Positions 35,950 to 39,025 of a DNA stretch of 39,025 nucleotides are shown piece by piece. The DNA is taken from positions 1 to 39,025 of IMG/VR virus record IMGVR_UViG_3300010206_000005, one strand, 5' to 3'. Both the position numbers and the translations under genes were made by a program. The stretch comes from a virus. Lineage: Duplodnaviria; Caudoviricetes. Position 1 is the first letter of the stretch. Each line of letters opens with the position of its first letter. Below the pieces are notes generated by a model. That model had not been told where the DNA came from. It did no database searches and saw only the letters and a list, made by a program, of their open reading frames with translations.

Positions 35950-36138
35950 ATGCTCATGGAGTCCATCCGTTGCGGCTGTGGCCGTCTGCTGTTTCGCGCA
36001 GCACCCGGTCCGCTCGACATTCAAATCAAGTGCCCCCGCTGTGGGGCGATCAATCACATCCAGAGGGCCGCGAGCCTCACACCCGAGCGCCAAGGAGCGC
36101 CGGATCAAGAGGTTCTATGTGGCTCTACATCCCCTTAA
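35950..36138 (+). CDS. com: Com-like zinc-finger translational regulator
   Basis: IRCGCGRLLF...IQIKCPRCGAIN; Mu com position; overlaps the downstream methylase start. Confidence 0.88.
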   Translation: MLMESIRCGCGRLLFRAAPGPLDIQIKCPRCGAINHIQRAASLTPERQGAPDQEVLCGSTSP

Positions 36139-36983
36139 CGGTCTTGCCCTCTGCGCCGGAGCAGGGGGCCTTGAACTCGGGTTGCACATCGCCGATTCCC
36201 GATATCGTCCTGTCTGTTACGTTGAGCAAGATTCACGTGCGGCGGCCGCTCTCGTGGCGCGGATGGCAGACCAGACCCTGGGTCAAGCTCCTATCTGGGA
36301 CGACCTTGGCACCTTCGACGGCCGCCCGTGGCGTGGCGGCGTGGATATCCTCTCTGCGGGATACCCCTGCCAGCCCTTCAGCCAAGCCGGACATCGCTTG
36401 GGTGCATCCGATCCCCGCCACCTTTGGCCCCAGGTCGCCCGAATCATCGCCGAATGTGCGCCAGCCCGCGTCGTGCTCGAAAACGTCACCGGACACCTTT
36501 CTCTTGGCTTCGACGTGGTCGCCCGAGACCTTCAGGGATTGGGCTTCCGGGTTGCTGCGGGCGTGTTCTCTGCGCGAGAAGTCGGCGCGTCCCACTACCG
36601 GCGCCGACTCTTCATCCTGGCCGACGCCGACTGCGATGCAGACCGCCATCCTGCCCGCGATCGAGGTCGGTCAGACCATCCGCTTTCTGAAGCGGACCAG
36701 CCAGTTCCACCTCTGGCAAGCGGCGGCGTCCTGGTCCCTGTTGTGGGATCTCCTCAATGCGGGCGGGTGGCGGCAGAGCCATCGGCAATCCCGCTCTTTG
36801 CCCCCGGTCCGGGTGACCTTGACGCCTGGAGACGCATCCTCACGGCAGACCCTGGCCTCAAACCCGCGCTTCATCGAGATGCTGATGGGATGGCCGATTG
36901 GGTGGACCGATCCCGCCTCGCCGGTAACGGGGTTTGCAGCTTGGCTGCCGCGTATGCGTACCGCACTCTCGATGCTGCCTTAG
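36117..36983 (+). CDS. Overlapping-frame putative beta chain of the methyltransferase (carries motif IX)
   Basis: 288-codon open frame from ATG 36117; WPTPTA and NPRFIEMLMGWPIGWT (36861-36908); true start may be internal. Confidence 0.65.
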   Translation: MWLYIPLTVLPSAPEQGALNSGCTSPIPDIVLSVTLSKIHVRRPLSWRGWQTRPWVKLLSGTTLAPSTAARGVAAWISSLRDTPASPSAKPDIAWVHPIPATFGPRSPESSPNVRQPASCSKTSPDTFLLASTWSPETFRDWASGLLRACSLREKSARPTTGADSSSWPTPTAMQTAILPAIEVGQTIRFLKRTSQFHLWQAAASWSLLWDLLNAGGWRQSHRQSRSLPPVRVTLTPGDASSRQTLASNPRFIEMLMGWPIGWTDPASPVTGFAAWLPRMRTALSMLP

Positions 36984-36991
36984 CCGGATAA
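36119..36991 (+). CDS. C5-cytosine DNA methyltransferase (alpha-type chain: motifs I-VIII and X)
   Basis: LCAGAGG (I), GYPCQPFS (IV), LENV (VI), HYRRRLFI (VIII), LAGNGV (X); GTG start. Confidence 0.9.
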   Translation: MALHPLNGLALCAGAGGLELGLHIADSRYRPVCYVEQDSRAAAALVARMADQTLGQAPIWDDLGTFDGRPWRGGVDILSAGYPCQPFSQAGHRLGASDPRHLWPQVARIIAECAPARVVLENVTGHLSLGFDVVARDLQGLGFRVAAGVFSAREVGASHYRRRLFILADADCDADRHPARDRGRSDHPLSEADQPVPPLASGGVLVPVVGSPQCGRVAAEPSAIPLFAPGPGDLDAWRRILTADPGLKPALHRDADGMADWVDRSRLAGNGVCSLAAAYAYRTLDAALAG

Positions 36992-36992
36992 T

Positions 36993-37865
36993 ATGACCGC
37001 AATCCCTCAGAGGACCGTGAGTCCCGCACCAGAGCGCCAGCGAGCGCCCCAGGGAGTTTCCCCTTTGAGCCTTCGTCCTGTCTCTCCCGCCGCTGGCTAT
37101 ATCGGCGGCAAACGCAATCTGGCGGGCACTATCGTTCCGTTGATCTGCTCCACCCCACACGAAACCTATGCCGAGCCGTTCGTCGGCATGGGCGGCATCT
37201 TCCTGCGCCGGACCGAGGTGCCCAAGTCCGAGGTCGTCAACGATGCCTCGCGCGACGTGGCCACCTTCTTCAGGATTTTGCAGCGCCACTTCCCGCAGTT
37301 CATGGACACGCTCAAGTTCCAGATCACGGCGAGGGCCGAGTTCGAGCGGCTGTGCCATGTCGATCCCGACACCCTGACCGATCTGGAGCGGGCTGCCCGG
37401 TTCCTGTACCTGCAATCGACGTCGTTCGGCGGCAAGGTTTCGGGCCGGACCTTCGGGGTCGATCCCCGGCGCGGTGGGCGATTCAATGTCGTCACCTTGG
37501 GCCAGCGACTGGCCGAGATCCACGAGAGGCTGGCCGGGGTGGTGATCGAGTGCCTGGACTTTGGCAGCTTCATCCGTCGCTATGACCGGCCGGGCACGCT
37601 CTTTTATTGCGATCCACCCTATGTCGGCTCCGAGGGCTATTACGGCAAGGCGCTGTTCGGTCCCGACGATCTCGACCGTCTGGCCACTGTTTTAAAGGGC
37701 ATTCAAGGCCGCTTCATCCTCTCCAACCTCGATTGTCCCGAGGTCCGGGCGGCCTTCGCTGGGTGCGAGATCAGGGAGGTCAAGACCCGCTATTCTTGCG
37801 CTGGCGGCGGCGGCCGTGACTCGGTCGGTGAGGTGCTCATTTCTGGCAGCGGATGTGGACAATAA
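36993..37865 (+). CDS. Dam-like (D12 class) N6-adenine DNA methyltransferase
   Basis: YIGGKRNLA, YAEPFVGMGGIF, EVVND, RAARFLYL, FYCDPPY. Confidence 0.92.
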   Translation: MTAIPQRTVSPAPERQRAPQGVSPLSLRPVSPAAGYIGGKRNLAGTIVPLICSTPHETYAEPFVGMGGIFLRRTEVPKSEVVNDASRDVATFFRILQRHFPQFMDTLKFQITARAEFERLCHVDPDTLTDLERAARFLYLQSTSFGGKVSGRTFGVDPRRGGRFNVVTLGQRLAEIHERLAGVVIECLDFGSFIRRYDRPGTLFYCDPPYVGSEGYYGKALFGPDDLDRLATVLKGIQGRFILSNLDCPEVRAAFAGCEIREVKTRYSCAGGGGRDSVGEVLISGSGCGQ

Positions 37866-37868
37866 CAC

Positions 37869-37899
37869 TTGACCAATAGGGCCAATGGCCCTATTAACT
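37869..37899 (+). promoter_or_regulatory. Sigma70-type promoter with palindromic operator in the spacer
   Basis: TTGACC (37869-37874); perfect IR AATAGGGCCA-A-TGGCCCTATT (37875-37895); AT-rich TATTAACT at the -10 position. Confidence 0.72.
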
Positions 37900-37957
37900 A
37901 GATGTCAGGCCATCCTGACGCTGGCACCTCGCAGGATCAGGGGTGGGAGTTCGGACC

Positions 37958-38482
37958 ATGTTTTATCTGTTTACCGATAACAGCAATTTTTGCACGCACA
38001 GCATTGTCACCCTGAAAGAGACGTTCGTTCAGCGCGACTTTACGGGAGCCGAATGGACACGCGCCTATTGCACCACCATCCATGAGTTGACCGGGTTGTC
38101 TCTCCTTGATGTCGCGGATTTTGGCGTTCGTGATCCAAGCATCCCTTTGCCTGCGGGCGGCAGCGGAAGCTACAAGCTCCTGACCGACGAGGACGTCGAC
38201 CGTCTCTTGGCGATGGTCGCGGCCAAGGCGAATGCAGAGGCCAAACGTGATGCTGACCATAACGATGCCGCCCGCATCCTCAATGCGATCCCCGAGCCCG
38301 CTCGCTCCGAACTGCGCCAAGCCCAGAAGGCCAGCGACCTCCGGATGGATAGGATTTATGATGGAGGCGAAGGATTTTTCCCGAACTACGGCTGGGACAG
38401 TCGGATCGGACGGGAGATCGCGGCCCGTCATGGCCTGGATGTCGAGGCTATCGCCGCTGCCGCCCGGAGGGTCGCTCAATGA
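37958..38482 (+). CDS. Hypothetical protein (first gene of the right-end operon)
   Basis: GGGAG RBS; 174 aa; no family recognised. Confidence 0.75.
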   Translation: MFYLFTDNSNFCTHSIVTLKETFVQRDFTGAEWTRAYCTTIHELTGLSLLDVADFGVRDPSIPLPAGGSGSYKLLTDEDVDRLLAMVAAKANAEAKRDADHNDAARILNAIPEPARSELRQAQKASDLRMDRIYDGGEGFFPNYGWDSRIGREIAARHGLDVEAIAAAARRVAQ

Positions 38483-38730
38483 GCCACGATAATCGGCGGC
38501 GCCTTTGCTTGGCCCCCCTCTCCGTCAATCCGTACCACGGCCTCCTCCGTAGCGTCCCACACACATGCGATGGACTTGCCTATGTAGTTGGCAGCCACCC
38601 CCTTGCCCCTCATGGCGTGTTAGTTCGCGTCCGGTCAACGGGATATCTGGCGATCTGGCGCGGCGTACGACTCGAATCGGTGGTGCAGCGCAAAGCTCAG
38701 GCCGCCATGGACTATATCAATGACGCCTGA
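38479..38730 (+). CDS. Small hypothetical protein
   Basis: GGAGG RBS; ATGA overlap; 83 aa. Confidence 0.7.
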   Translation: MSHDNRRRLCLAPLSVNPYHGLLRSVPHTCDGLAYVVGSHPLAPHGVLVRVRSTGYLAIWRGVRLESVVQRKAQAAMDYINDA

Positions 38731-38947
38731 CGATATTAGAGCCGCCCGCGACGCTCTCGGTCTCACTGCGGATGGGTTTGCGCGGCTCGTTGGTGTCGAG
38801 AGCGGCCGGACGGTGCGGCGGTGGGAGGCGGGCGACCGTGCTGTTCCTGGGCCGGTTGACGTACTGACTACAGCCCTAATCAAGAGCCCCGCTGTGCGGG
38901 AATATTTTGGCCTGTCAGCCTGCCTTAAAACCCCCACCGTGGCCTGA
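38720..38947 (+). CDS. Small XRE-type HTH regulator (Aca/antitoxin-like)
   Basis: MTPDDIRAARDALGLTADGFARLVGVESGRTVRRWEAGDRAVPGPV. Confidence 0.87.
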   Translation: MTPDDIRAARDALGLTADGFARLVGVESGRTVRRWEAGDRAVPGPVDVLTTALIKSPAVREYFGLSACLKTPTVA

Positions 38948-38956
38948 TCGAGATTG

Positions 38957-39025
38957 GGGCTGGGCGCGCGCCCAGCCCGTCCAAAAACAAGCGCCGATTT
39001 GTCCAAAATCAGCCGCCGCGCTACA
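38957..39025 (-). repeat. Right end (attR): two 22-bp-spaced transposase-site repeats plus a perfect palindrome
   Basis: GTCCAAAAACAAGCGCCG (38979) vs GTCCAAAATCAGCCGCCG (39001), 15/18 identical; palindrome at 38957-38978; terminal CA. Confidence 0.8.

Larger units (their letters stand above)
1..39025. mobile_element. Complete Mu-like transposable prophage (Mu-type replication/head module, P2-type contractile tail)
   Basis: TGTA...TACA termini at the window edges; c/ner/A/B at the left end; Mu gp27-gp36-like head genes; com-like gene near the right end. Confidence 0.96.

Noticed and set aside
36117-36991. Methyltransferase as a frameshifted pseudogene
   Set aside because: Motifs I-VIII and X are in one uninterrupted frame and the second frame is open throughout, which fits overlapping coding rather than decay

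Overview
The window is a complete, end-to-end Mu-like transposable (pro)phage: it starts with TGTA, ends with TACA and has candidate transposase-binding repeats at both ends. The host is probably an alphaproteobacterium (inferred from a host-type XRE regulator). Gene order: divergent repressor/ner switch; DDE transposase A and AAA+ transposition protein B; a semi-essential early region (Arr-like ADP-ribosyltransferase, DUF3164, host-type XRE, DUF2786, GemA, Mor/C activator); lysis genes (membrane-anchored lytic transglycosylase, i-spanin with embedded o-spanin); a Mu-type head module; a P2-type contractile tail module with a -1 frameshift chaperone. In place of mom, a Com-like zinc finger precedes a C5-cytosine methyltransferase and a Dam-like adenine methyltransferase. 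A small, apparently autoregulated operon of two unknown genes plus an HTH gene closes the right end. Most notable: (1) the C5 methyltransferase locus appears dual-coded, with motif IX in a fully overlapping second reading frame that starts from a shared ATGTG; (2) the right-end operon has anti-CRISPR/anti-defence (acr-aca-like) architecture; (3) an Arr-fold ADP-ribosyltransferase is carried as an early gene. All family assignments come from recognising motifs and synteny by eye; no database searches were run.
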